Shown piece by piece: positions 1 through 12,570 of a stretch of DNA of 64,000 nt; position 1 is the first letter of the stretch; every line of letters starts with the position of its first letter. The notes under the pieces were generated by a model. That model did no database searches. It saw only the letters and a program-made list of their open reading frames with translations, and was not told where the DNA came from. Source of the DNA: Eledone cirrhosa (Eukaryota); contig OZ024740.1 in NCBI GenBank assembly GCA_964016885.1, positions 218,178,001 through 218,242,000 of the forward strand. The letters run 5' to 3'. Both the position numbers and the translations under genes were made by a program.

Positions 1-191
1 CGTGTCTGAGTGTGCATGTGTGTGTGTGAGCATGTGTGAGTGGGGGGGGGGTTAAAATGCAATGGTAGACAGAAGAGAGAGAGAGGAGTAGAGAATATTG
101 TATAGAGATTGACAACAAGGAAGAAGGAAAAAAGTTTTGGATGGAAATGGTAGGTGTGTGTATGTGTGTGTTGAGAGGGGGGGTAGAAAAG

Positions 192-227
<36 letters not shown>

Positions 228-360
228 CAAAGAGAAAGAAAGAAAACATAAGAGAAGTAAAAATGGGGTCGATGGTGGGTGGAAGGAGAAAAAGGAGACG
301 TGTGAGACAACGGTGACAAAGAAGGAAATGGACAGACAGAGAGACAAACAGATAGATAGG

Positions 361-413
<53 letters not shown>

Positions 414-539
414 TTCTTTATTAGCCACAAGGGCGCACAAGAAAAGGGGCCAATACAAAGACATGCCGGGGATTTTACATGCAGTCGTGTAAAAAATATA
501 AAAACAAACAATAGATAGATAGATAGATAGATAGATAGG

Positions 540-570
<31 letters not shown>

Positions 571-864
571 GGGGTGAAGAGATCAAGAGAGGGTGAGAAG
601 AAAGAGAGAGAGAATGAAAACATAAACAAAAGACGAGAATATGACAAAGAAAAGAGGAAGAAAATGTAATAAAGAAAGGTCAGAAATGGCGAACACCGAT
701 GTGTACACAATGTACAGTTCACTTTATAAGTACAAAAATGTGAAGTGAAATACTATCTAATAGGTCGTGGCCTATTGCTACTAATAAAAGAAACGACAAA
801 TTGAATGGACTCCACTTTCCTGATCTTATATATATATACATATATATATATATGAATGTATGTA

Positions 865-943
<79 letters not shown>

Positions 944-1224
944 CTGGGTGTATATATGTATATATATATATGTGTGTGTGTGTGAGAGTTTGTGTGTGGG
1001 GGGGGGGGGGCTGTATGAATTCATTCAATAAATGATTATTAATTTCCATATTGGCTAATGTCATATATGAAGTGTCGTTAAAAAAATAATAAAACACAAT
1101 AATAAGGGGGAAAATGGCGTCTATTTCGAATTAACGTTCTCACATGTACAATATATAGTGGTTCTTTTCTTTTGACAGTTAACATGGAGAAAGAACTGCA
1201 ATGATTACATTCATCGTGTCGTTC

Positions 1225-1551
<327 letters not shown>

Positions 1552-1849
1552 ATGAAGCATCAGCCTAAATGCTCTATCAGTATTTAGTTCCGTCCTTCGT
1601 CGGTTTTGCTGAATCTCTAAAATATATGACAAGCAATATATCTCACTTGGCTAGAACTAATTATCAAAGAGAAATATTTTTTTGTTCTCCGCACTACGGA
1701 AGTAATTTTGATTAGTTAAAATGTCTTGCTTTGCTACATTATTAAGTATGTTAATACTGACTTCGATATAAGAGAATATCGTGTTTTGTTTAACCCTAGG
1801 TCTGCTCTAATCCAACAGAGTTCTAATCAACGATATTTGTTCCGGTTAT

Positions 1850-1935
1850 CTGTTCTCAGTATTCAAATCCCACCGAGGTTAGTTAATTTTACCTCTCGTT
1901 CCTTCAGGGACGATAAAATAAACTATCACTCCAGG
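1850..1935 (+). mobile_element. degenerate fragment of SINE family 1
   Basis: TTCAAATCCCACCGAGGTT...CCTTCAGGGACGATAAAATA matches the B-box/central domain of the other copies. Confidence 0.55.
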
Positions 1936-3011
1936 ATACCTCCCATCCTTAGAATAATATCTATTTTATTCGGTTCAAATAAGGATTAAAACACATGCAT
2001 AAAAATAACACCAACATAAAATACTTCATTCGCTCTAAGTACTGTACTGACATGCGCACCATCAATAAGAAGTGTAAATGAACAAGTGTCGCACTGTGAT
2101 TAAGTCCACGTTTCCCGCCATTTTGTGACCAACACTTGAACCTATAAACACACAAATAAAGCAATGAGTGAGCAACTATCGTAATAAGGACAATTTGAAT
2201 GATGTATGTTACACATCGAGGATTCATTCTTATAAAAGAATGAATCCTCAATATGTAAACATAGAGGTAATTTATATATTTTAATGCATGGTATTAGTTA
2301 GACATTCAAGAACTATCAGTTTCATAATCTGTGTTGATAAAGGCATGTTTTATCCATTATAAAATGTTGCATTGCACTTTATCATTATTAACCCTTTCCA
2401 GGTACGAACTGCTGGTAAATGTCATGACTGATACTGTTCCTAATTCGTGTTTAGTAGATATGGTTCATAAACTATTAATTATAATATTTTCTACAGAAAT
2501 AAAATTATCTATCAATTATTCTCCTAGTTGTGAAGTGACGGGATGGTCCAGTTAGAATGACTTTGATCATAGGTATATTCAATTGAGGCTGATTTGGGAC
2601 TGTTTTAACAACATACAACCCTTCATTTTCTTTTTTAGTTCAGACTATATAATTTTCTAATTTTCTAGAGACGAGTCTGAAACAATTTCAGTTTTCTTAA
2701 GCCAGCCATAAAAAACAATAAACGTCATCAAGAAAAATAACACAAAAGACAGCAATGGTGGTTATATTAGTTGAACGCTTAATAGAGTTTCAGATGTTAG
2801 GCCGGAAGATAGAAATAGAAAGAAGCGAGGATATTTGGGAGAGAAAAGAAAAAGGGAAATAGATATGAGTAAAAAGAAAACAAGGAAAATCGTATGTTGT
2901 TGTTAGTCAGTCATCCTAGGGAAGGAAATTAGAATGAGGTGTAATCTTTGAAGAGTTATTATAGAAGGAGAGATAAGTAGTGAGAAGGCATTGATGATGG
3001 TGAATAAATTA

Positions 3012-3082
<71 letters not shown>

Positions 3083-3487
3083 TTAATAGTCAGCATATAA
3101 ATATAGCATGCATTGGACCGTGTCTCTATTTGAAGGTTTATTGTATATATGTAAGGGATGGCTACATGTGTGTGAATGTTGGTTATGTGTGTGTGCGAAA
3201 GTATATAGGAGTTAGAGAAACTGTGGTGAGGGATAAAGATCATCCGGAATAGTGGTTCCAAAGAGAAATTCTTGACCAGTTTGTAATAGTGAGGTTAACT
3301 GAGATGTGGCCCGAAAGAAAGCGGTAATGTGAAGAATAACAAGAGGGGACAGCAGTATAGGCGACAGGAGCGACGTTGCCAAGTCGAATGTCCTTCTGAT
3401 GCTCTGTCTGCCAGGCGGTGATCTACATACAGGCATATACGCGTGCATTCTCACGTACACATAGACTCATATACGCACACACATATA

Positions 3488-4690
3488 CAGGGTAACTCAA
3501 AAGAAGCTGGCTCCGGCCACGTTTTGTGTCATTTTCTAACTTATCAACTTTAAATTCCATGACATGGCAGATACATCTGAGAAGATAACAAGATCCTAAT
3601 AGGAGCTCCAGCACCAGATTTTCTGTGTGAAACACTACTATAGGTGTGGCTGGTACAAACAGGTCCAGGAGCATTTCATGCATTTTTTTAAATAGACAAA
3701 TCTCCCTTCAAAGCCAACATACAAATCTGGGAGAAGACGTTTGAGAGCTATGGGACAGTAGTGAACCTCAATACAATGTCTGAGGACCAGTAGTGAACCT
3801 CAATACAATGTCTGAGGACCCTCCTACCCACTCTGGACAACTCAGGAAGTGTACACAAGAACTTATTGATATGGTCTGAGAGTCTGTTGAACAGAGCCCA
3901 AAATGATCGCTGCGCAGGAGAAACTATTCTTGCATATCTTCACAGAAACTTGCAGAAGGGTTGTAAAAGAGGATATTAAAAACTACCCATACAGAATACA
4001 GACGAAACGAAAGTTTACAGTAGCTGATAAGACCAAAGGAAAGACTATGAATAAGAAAAATGCTGGAGAAGATGGAAAATAATCCAAATTTTTTGAATCT
4101 ACTGTGGACATCTGATGAAGCTCACTTGCACTTAGAAGGGAAGATCAGCTTCATGAACAATGTATTTTGGTCTTCAGAGAAACCCGGTGAAGTGGCTGTG
4201 AAACATCGCCACTTGGCTAAATGTACCGTCTGGGTACCATTTCTGAGTAAGGGTTGATCGGCCCATTCTTCTTTCAAGAAAATGGTGTTACTGCCACAAT
4301 TACGAAGGAACGCTGTGTGCAAGTCCTGGACGACTCCAAAAAGAAGCTACAGACCATGTACCCATCTCTAATGAATAAGATCTGAACTCAGCGAGACAGC
4401 GCAAGGCCTCACACTTCCAATGAGTTGCTAGAATCAGAGTGGATAGTAGATCCATCCCTCGGTCCGTTTTTAAAGACGTTATCCTAAATTTCATCAAGTG
4501 CCTAACAAAATGCTTGGATTCAAATGAGGATCACTTGGAAAATGGGCTGAAACTCTGAACAGAAACATCAGACAGTGATGTTTTTTTAATGGTTTGAACT
4601 AAGGATATTCGATGTGTCATCAATATTTGTCAAAGAATGAATAATGTAGACAAAAATAAATATGGGGCCAATTTCTTTTTAGTCACCCTG
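3488..4690 (+). mobile_element. Tc1/mariner-superfamily DNA transposon, decayed
   Basis: TIRs CAGGGTAACTCAAAAGAAGCTGGCTCC / GGGGCCAATTTCTTTTTAGTCACCCTG with TA on both sides. Transposase remnant WTSDEAHLHLEG..NNVFWSSEKP..KCTVW at 4060-4257. Internal 32-bp tandem duplication at 3756-3819. Confidence 0.9.
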
Positions 4691-5504
4691 TATATAATGA
4701 ACTTATTTATGTAAATATTACACACATATGAATAAACTCACACATACACACATAAAACAGCCAAACAACCATACATACCTGCATACATACATACATACAT
4801 ACATACATACATACATACATACATACATACATACATACATACATACATACATACATACATACATACATAAAATGGCGACCGTTGTGGTCAGTGTCCGATA
4901 ATCGGACGTGTGTAATTACGGCTTACATGAAGGCAACATACCATATGTTGGAAAAAGTTGAGCTACATTACGCGGTAAGATTACATACAATAATTCTACA
5001 TAAGTATTTGAACTGTAAGTGTGTTGTAAAACACCTATTTATATGAACGATACATACACTTATGATATATGAACGATACATACACTTTAACATATAAATG
5101 CAACGTTGTTATATTACATTTATAAAGAAATATACAAGTAACGTTTTCGATTCAGAAACAAAAATATAAGTGTTTGAACTGTGAATATGTTGTGAATAGG
5201 TTGTAGAACACCTATTTATATGAATGATACATAAACTTTAACATATAAATACAGCGTTGTTATATTATATTACATTCATAAAGGAATATACTAAGTAACG
5301 GTTCTTTTTGTTCTCGATTCAAACGATTCAAGAACAACGTTTAAAACACAGTTGTAGAATTAAAAACTAACTGAAAAGAAATATTACCCAAGCTGTGAAT
5401 AACTTTAAATTTGATTCTGACAGAACTTTGTCGTAACTTTTAAAGAAGATCATCGACTATTTTGAAAAATAAATACGAAATATTAGTGAATAGACGAACT
5501 CATC

Positions 5505-8500
5505 ATGGCAAAAAGTACAAGTCTCCTTCGACCAAATCGCAATTACAACCGTTGTACACAGTGGAGCTACGAGCTTAACAAAGTATTATATGAAGCATAC
5601 AAACAATCTGAACCCCAAAAGTTCGGTTTTATGCAAAGGCTAAAAACTTTATGGAACTCCAAACACCCAGAATTAGACTTTTCTCCAAAGCATTTAAATG
5701 AACAGGCAAAACGTATCATTAGATGTAAATTGATACATCTAACGGAATTGAGTGGTACTACAAATACAGCCCTTGTGGACAACCACCCCACCTCCACTGA
5801 CAGACAACGAGAATGGCCAGCTAAATCTAACAGTGAACAGCTCATCAACAATTTTGCTGAAATCCATCCCACTTCCACTGAAGAACAGCGAGAAAGGTCA
5901 GCTGACTCTAGTAGTAATTGTCACCACATCAACAACGAGGCTGAAATTCATGACTCTACTAAACAAACAGAGCACCAAAAACTTGTGGGCTCCCTACAAG
6001 TGATATGGAACGATATGTTTCAAGAGATACACAGCCTTAATGTGAGTGACAGACCATACAACACTAGAGTCAGTAAAGAACCCACTAAATTGGAATTGGA
6101 AGCGGTGAACGAAATAGCTGGCAGTTATCTGAAGGCTATACGATCTAAAGGTGTAGAAACGACATTTGAAACGCTTAATGTTTTGTTATATGTTTCAGCT
6201 GTCACATTGCTATCATATAACACACATCTAAAACCACGCAATCAAGATAGAAGCAGAAAGCCTGAACCAGCGTGGATGCGAAATTTAAAATCCAAAATTT
6301 TGTCCCTGAGACGAAGTATCTCACACATCGCAGTCGTTATGAAATGCAACATAGAGAGCAACTTCACACGACACCAGGAAGACCTAAAGAAAAAGTTAGA
6401 GAGACGATTTGGAGATACAAAATTTAAAACTTTGAACTCCAAATTACACCAGTTGAAACAACAACTCACAGCTACAACAGAAAGACTGAAATATAAGTCA
6501 ACAGCACATAAACGACAAGTGCTAAATAGATTGTTTGCCAGAGATCCTAAATCAGTTTTTCGCAGCTTCGGTGGCAAAAGCTCAATCTCTGTAAATGACA
6601 CCCCTTCAAAAGAACAGGTTGAGAGCTACTGGAGATCTGTATGGGAAACGGATGACGGATTCAACAGACAAGCTAATTGGCTAAAAGAACTGGAACAGGA
6701 CTACTGCCAACATGTCCAGACAAAACAATATGACATAGATGGGTCAATACTGGAAACAGCTCTACAGAAAATGTCGAATAGGAAATCGCCAGGCCCAGAC
6801 CTCATTACAGGATACTGGTTGAAGAATTTCACTTTCTATCGGCAAGATCTCATACGGCTGTTTACAGAAACCATTAAGGGCACACAAGAACTGCCCAGAT
6901 GGTTATCAACAGCCTCTACTCTCCTCATTCCCAAAAATAGTCAAACCACCCTTGCTAAAAATTACCGCCCAATTGCCTGCCAAAACATCATGTATAAATT
7001 ATATACTGGGTGCCCTAACCTGTTCTTACAGGATCACTGTGCTACCAACAACATCATAACACCTGAGCAAGCTGGTGGAAAGAGGGAGGTGTGGGGTTGC
7101 ATAGATCACCTACTAACTAACAAAATGATTCAGGAAAAAACAACAAAGAATCGCAGAAACATGACTGTCGTGTGGCTGGACTATCAAAAAGCATTTGATA
7201 GTGTACCTCATGGGTGGATTGTTAAGGCTTTACAGTTAGCTAAAGTCCCACAACCATTGGTAGCTGCTGTTGAACGCCTGACCAAGAACTGGTACACCAG
7301 TTTGATCCTTAGAGGTGAGAAGGAGCAGGTTAAGACTGATAAGATACATTACCAGAAGGGCATCTTTCAGGGTGATAGCTTGTCAGTGCTACTCTTCGTT
7401 CTCTCACTGAATCCACTATCTTACCTACTCAGGAAACAAGGTGGACAAAGAAGTGGGCCCAGAAGTATCTCCCATCTTTTCTTTGTTGATGACCTGAAGT
7501 TGTATGGGCCAAATATCAATGACATCAAGAAACAATTGGACCTCATTACACAATTTTCAACCGACATCAAAATGAAATTTGGTGAGTCCAAGTGTGCATA
7601 TTTGGCAGTAAAACGTGGAAGAGCTGTGCCCTCCTCTAGAAATCTAGAGATGAACGGCCTGACAATACAACCTCTGCAGTCAGGTGACAACTACAGATAT
7701 CTTGGTCAGGATGAGAATGTCAGATATGATGGACCCATAAATAAGGAGAGAACCAGAACTGAATACCTCAGAAGAGTAAAGAAAATATGGTCATCAGAAC
7801 TGTCAGCATACAACAAATACATTGCCCACAATACTTATGCTGTGCCAATTCTAACGCCAACATTTGGCCTACTGAACTGGTCATTGCAAGAACTAAGTGA
7901 GATGGATGTTAGAACTCGAAAACTTCTCAGTGTTACTGGGAACTTTAACATCAATGATGATGTGGATAGGCTATACTTCTCACGCAAGGAAGGTGGCCGG
8001 GGTCTAAAATCAATATTAACAACATATGAGACCCGGATAGTAACACTGAAGCAACACCTTCAACAGAGGAAAAAGGTTGGCAACCATCTTGCCCAGATTT
8101 ATGACCATGAAAAAAGAAATATCATTAGAATAGCGACTGATCTGGAGGAGAGATATGGAATAAAGCCTGATATAAATCTCTCACCCAGAGAAATCGGAAG
8201 ATCCTATTCAATGTTCAAACAAGATAAAAAAATTGACCAATTTACAGAAAAAGTTGTGCATGGATACTTGAGGCGTAAAACACAGACCATAGAGGGGATA
8301 AACCACTCAAAAAGCCTGGCATGGAGTTCCGACAAGTTTATGACATCACACCTTGAGGGATACCTCTATGCAATACAGGAACAAGAACTCCCTACCAAAT
8401 ATCTGCTGCACAAAAGAGGAGGGCCAGCAGCTGACAATAAATGTAGGCTATGTAAAACAAAGATCGAGGATGTAAGCCACATTGTTGCCGGCTGCGAAAG

Positions 8501-8528
8501 AATGTCATCTCGCTACTACCTCCCATGA
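5505..8528 (+). CDS. reverse transcriptase ORF of R4/Dong-like element
   Basis: Motifs KSPGPD, NYRPIAC, WLDYQKAFDSVPH, GIFQGDSLS, HLFFVDDLKL, YRYLG, RLYFSRKEGGRGL; CCHC knuckle CRLC..EDVSHIVAGC. Confidence 0.93.
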   Translation: MAKSTSLLRPNRNYNRCTQWSYELNKVLYEAYKQSEPQKFGFMQRLKTLWNSKHPELDFSPKHLNEQAKRIIRCKLIHLTELSGTTNTALVDNHPTSTDRQREWPAKSNSEQLINNFAEIHPTSTEEQRERSADSSSNCHHINNEAEIHDSTKQTEHQKLVGSLQVIWNDMFQEIHSLNVSDRPYNTRVSKEPTKLELEAVNEIAGSYLKAIRSKGVETTFETLNVLLYVSAVTLLSYNTHLKPRNQDRSRKPEPAWMRNLKSKILSLRRSISHIAVVMKCNIESNFTRHQEDLKKKLERRFGDTKFKTLNSKLHQLKQQLTATTERLKYKSTAHKRQVLNRLFARDPKSVFRSFGGKSSISVNDTPSKEQVESYWRSVWETDDGFNRQANWLKELEQDYCQHVQTKQYDIDGSILETALQKMSNRKSPGPDLITGYWLKNFTFYRQDLIRLFTETIKGTQELPRWLSTASTLLIPKNSQTTLAKNYRPIACQNIMYKLYTGCPNLFLQDHCATNNIITPEQAGGKREVWGCIDHLLTNKMIQEKTTKNRRNMTVVWLDYQKAFDSVPHGWIVKALQLAKVPQPLVAAVERLTKNWYTSLILRGEKEQVKTDKIHYQKGIFQGDSLSVLLFVLSLNPLSYLLRKQGGQRSGPRSISHLFFVDDLKLYGPNINDIKKQLDLITQFSTDIKMKFGESKCAYLAVKRGRAVPSSRNLEMNGLTIQPLQSGDNYRYLGQDENVRYDGPINKERTRTEYLRRVKKIWSSELSAYNKYIAHNTYAVPILTPTFGLLNWSLQELSEMDVRTRKLLSVTGNFNINDDVDRLYFSRKEGGRGLKSILTTYETRIVTLKQHLQQRKKVGNHLAQIYDHEKRNIIRIATDLEERYGIKPDINLSPREIGRSYSMFKQDKKIDQFTEKVVHGYLRRKTQTIEGINHSKSLAWSSDKFMTSHLEGYLYAIQEQELPTKYLLHKRGGPAADNKCRLCKTKIEDVSHIVAGCERMSSRYYLP

Positions 8529-9014
8529 GACACGATGGGATAGCTAGAACCAACTGGAACGCACTTCGGAAAACAAAATTAACAACAAACGAGGAAGAAT
8601 ATATTGAGACAGATGGCACTAAGGAATACTTACTGGTGGAACCTGAAAATAAAAACTGCCACCAAATTAAAGCACAACCGGCCTGATATTGTAGTTTGGG
8701 ACCACACATTGAAAACGTGTTCTGTTGTGGAGATCAGCTGCCCACTTGATGTAAACGTTGTCAGAAAAATACAGGAGAAGGAGGACATCTACGGACCATT
8801 GATGAGGAGTTTACAAATCCAGTATCCAAGATACACCTTTAGCTTCATACCCATCATTATTGGGGCTACGGGTTATATACCAACCCGCTTGGACCAAAGT
8901 ATGACTGAACTTGGATTTGCGGACAAAAAGCGCAGCTCCTTAATTCATAGTCTACAAATGGCTGCGATAGCTGGCACCTTCAAAATTTGCAAAACATTCT
9001 TGCGATTCAAGTGA
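8525..9014 (+). pseudogene. frameshifted C-terminal PD-(D/E)xK restriction-like endonuclease of the same ORF
   Basis: MRHDGIA in a shifted frame from 8525, then HNRPDIVV..VVEISCP..KEDIYGPL..PIIIGATG. A 1-nt loss at about 8524 and a TACT duplication at 8627-8634 break the frame. Confidence 0.88.
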
Positions 9015-9140
9015 TGACAATTTCTTTTCTTTTACAACCTTGTCACCAGGAAGGTGGCCGGTCAAAAAAATATACTCGAAATTAAGAGAAAGAGAAAACA
9101 TACATACATACATACATACATACATACATACATACATACA

Positions 9141-9172
<32 letters not shown>

Positions 9173-9173
<1 letters not shown>

Positions 9174-9752
9174 GGTGGCTGCCAACTCGTTTTCGAGTAC
9201 GGCCACTACTTTATATCCATGTAGGGGAACCCCTACCGATGCGCTGAACAAGCGTGACTTTTTAGTCCAGCCAGCGACTTGAAAACTCTGGTACAAACAC
9301 TACACTTGTGACAATTATTGACACATAGTGCTGGACCCATGGTACCATGTGATGACAAGTGCAGAGAGATCTCCAGATATAAAGCAATTCCTGTGCCGTG
9401 AAGCTTTTATAGTGAGCAAAGGCACTGCACAAAGCCAGTCCCACTCTCTTAACCAAGATGATATTTACCAAAAAGAAGGACAAGTCAACATCATTGGATA
9501 TCATCAGGGTTGCAGGTGTTATATCAGAGTTTTCCTTCTCCTAGAATTCTGCCTTGACAAAGGCTAAGGGGTCATCTCTCCCGGTGATTTTGGATGGCCA
9601 TTGACTCTTAAGAACTCCTTTGCCCTTTGACAGGTTTTTATTTTAGTCCTGCAGGATTTCCAAAGTCACCCTCCTCACCAAGAAACCTTGGTGGGGTTGC
9701 CAGTTTAGTCGCCAACGACCCGACCATGAGACAGGTTGTACTGGGATACATG

Positions 9753-9755
<3 letters not shown>
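9173..9755 (+). mobile_element. non-coding (CATA)n-bounded structured repeat (variant 1)
   Basis: First ~315 bp recur nearly identically at 10464-10780; the 3' part is related to about 10315-10415. Confidence 0.6.
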
Positions 9756-9783
<28 letters not shown>

Positions 9784-9838
9784 CATACATACATACATAC
9801 ATACATACATACATACATACATACATACATACATACAT

Positions 9839-10248
9839 AAAGATTAACGAAAGGGAAAATATCTATGCGGAACTAATGAGGAATCTGCAGATACTTCAAT
9901 CTGACTATCCCTTCAGATTTATACCTGTAATTATTGGGGCACTGGGATATGTTAGTAACTGGCTCAGTACAAATATTGAGAGGCCAGGCTTCACAGAAAC
10001 AGAAAGAACACGACTTGTTAAGAAATTACAATTACAATCCATTAATGGAACAGTAAAAATATGTAAAACATTCCAAAAATTGTGCATCTAATAACTGCAT
10101 ATACACATGTACATATACAAAGCATATGCACATGCACACTACAACTCAAAACATACACATACACACATACAATAACATCCATATCTACACATGCATGTAG
10201 ATAAACAATTATTGGTAAACAATTATAAAATTATAAAACCAGAAGAAC
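9839..10248 (+). mobile_element. 5'-truncated 3' end of R4/Dong-like family B
   Basis: KINERENIYAELMRNL..FIPVIIGALG..GTVKICKTF plus 3'UTR, between CATA repeats. Confidence 0.85.
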
Positions 10249-10257
10249 ATACATACA

Positions 10258-10441
10258 TGATGGCAACTCGATTTCGAGTAATGCTATCGCTTGATACTTA
10301 AGCATGAGCAGCACAGGGTGTCCTAAATCACCCTCCTCGCCAAGCAAGCTTGGTGGGGTTGCCAATTTAGTTGCCACCGACACGACCATGCACAGGTTGG
10401 TCTGGGTTACATGTTACCAATAGCACTGAAGAGCGACCTGA
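10258..10441 (+). mobile_element. (CATA)n-bounded structured repeat (variant 2)
   Basis: Shares the 5' hairpin and the CCTCRCCAAG/CTTGGTGGGG hairpin with 9173-9755. Confidence 0.55.
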
Positions 10442-10463
10442 CATACATACATACATACATACA

Positions 10464-10780
10464 TGGTGGCTGCCAACTCGTTTTCGAGTACGGCCACTAC
10501 TTTATATCCATGTAGGAGAACCCCTACCGATGCGCTGAACGAGTGTGACTTTTTAGTCCAGCCAGCGACTTGAAAACTCTGGTACAAACACTACACTTGT
10601 GACAATTATTGACACATAGTGCTGGGCCCATGGTACCATGTGACGACAAGTGCAGAGAGATCTCCAGATATAAAGCAATGCCTGTGCCGTGAAGCTTTTA
10701 TAGTGAGCAAAGGCACTGCACAAAGCCAGTCCCACTCTCTTAACCAAGATGATATTTACCAAAAAGAAGAACAAGTCAAC
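10464..10780 (+). mobile_element. second copy of structured repeat variant 1
   Basis: Near-identical to about 9173-9490. Confidence 0.65.
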
Positions 10781-10846
10781 ATACATACATACATACATAC
10801 ATACATACATACATACATACATACATACATACATACATACATACAT

Positions 10847-11210
10847 AGTTAGTAACTGCCTCAATACAAATCTTGAGAAGCTAGGCTTCACAGGAACAGA
10901 AAGAACACAACTAGTTAGGAAATTACAAGTACAATCCATTAATTGAACAGTAAAAATATGTAAAACATTCCAAAAATGTTGCATCTAATAACTGCATATA
11001 CACATGTACAGATACAAAGCATATACACATGCACAGATACAACTCAAAACATACACATACACACATACAATAACATTCATATCTACACATGCATACATAC
11101 ATATCTACCTAGTTGATGTGTAAATTCCAATGAGAGAGTCTTGTGTCTATCTTAGAAACCGACTCTATCTCTATTGGTAAAACTTTGGGAAATTATAAAA
11201 CCAGAAGGAC
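10847..11210 (+). mobile_element. 3' end of R4/Dong-like family B
   Basis: VSNCLNTNLEKLGFTGTERTQLVRKLQVQSIN plus 3'UTR matching about 12157-12530. Confidence 0.85.
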
Positions 11211-11218
11211 ATACATAC

Positions 11219-12528
11219 ATAGACCGCCTTTACTTGAAACGTAAGCATGGAGGCAGAGGCCTTACATCAGTCCAGACAGCATTTGAATGTCGCATCATAT
11301 CCCTCCGACAACATCTACGAGTCTCAAAGCGCAGGAGCCCGTCTCTCGAGCAAGTCTATCTGCATGAAACAGATAAGATCATGAGAGTTGGGAAGGAACT
11401 CCTCGAGAGGTATTCCCTATGTGATAATCAAAAACTCACACCCAGGGAAGTTGCTCAGCAGTATCGCAGTGAATCCAAGGATGAAAAATTGCATGCTTAT
11501 CAGCAAAAAATCATGCATAGATATGTTGCCAGGAAGCTCCAGAGTGAGATAATATAGATAAAGAAAGTAGTCTATCTTGGACCAACAACCGTTATATTGG
11601 CTCCCACTTTGAAGGATACGCTTTTGCAATCCACAAACAGGAAATCAACACGAAATACCTGATTCACAAAAGATATAGGGATGCAGGCAAAACACCTAGA
11701 TGTGCAGACTTTGCAGAATTAACATCGAAGATATCACCCATGTCATAAGCAGCTGACCAACGATGTCATTGCGGTACTATCTACCTATGAGGCATGATGT
11801 AGTGGCCAAAACACTGTACAATGCAATCCGTAGAAAATATAGCCCCGATAATAAACACATTAAAAACTACAGCAATGTGGAAGACATACATATACATAAT
11901 ATGAAAGAGTACTGGTCGAATGTTCCAGTAAAAACCCCAATAAAATGCAGGCATAACAGACCAGATATTATGATATGGGACAGGGAGAAGAAAACATGCA
12001 CAGTAGTGGAAATTAGCTGCCCAGCAGATGCCAATATAATATCAAAGATTAGCGAAAAGGAGAATATTTATGCAGAACTAATGAGAAATCTGCACATAAT
12101 CCACCCTGATTACACCTTCAGATTTATGCCTGTGATTATTGGGGCACTGGTTTATGTTAGTAACTGCCTCAATACAAATCTTGAGAAGCTAGGCTTCACA
12201 GGAACAGAAAGAACACAACTAGTTAGGAAACTACAAGTACAATCCATCAATGGAACAGTAAAAATATGGAAAACATTTCAAAAATTTTGCATCTAATAAC
12301 TGCATATACACATGTACATATACTAAGCATATACACATGCACACATACAACTCAAAACATCCACATCCACACATACAATAACATCCATATCTACACATGC
12401 ATGCATGCAGACATGCATACATATATACCTAGTTGATGTGTAAATTCCAATGAGAGAGTCTTGTGTCTATGTTAGAAACCGACTCTCTCTCTATTGGCAA
12501 AAATTTGAGAAATTATAAAACCAGAAGA

Positions 12529-12530
<2 letters not shown>
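11219..12530 (+). mobile_element. longer 5'-truncated R4/Dong-like family B copy
   Basis: DRLYLKRKHGGRGL, YYLPMRHDVVA, HNRPDIMIWD..VVEISCP; stops and frameshifts; ends in CA/CATA repeats. Confidence 0.9.

Positions 12531-12570
<40 letters not shown>

Larger units (their letters stand above)
4869..9098 (+). mobile_element. near full-length R4/Dong-like non-LTR retrotransposon (RT + restriction-like endonuclease), family A, inserted in (CATA)n
   Basis: Bounded by (CATA)n at about 4782-4868 and 9099-9170. About 635-bp 5'UTR with an internal ~160-bp duplication, one long ORF, short 3'UTR. Confidence 0.9.

Noticed and set aside
10325-10375. HDV-like ribozyme (TCCTCGC resembles L3)
   Set aside because: The segment forms a simple long hairpin; P1/P2/P3 pseudoknot pairings could not be built.
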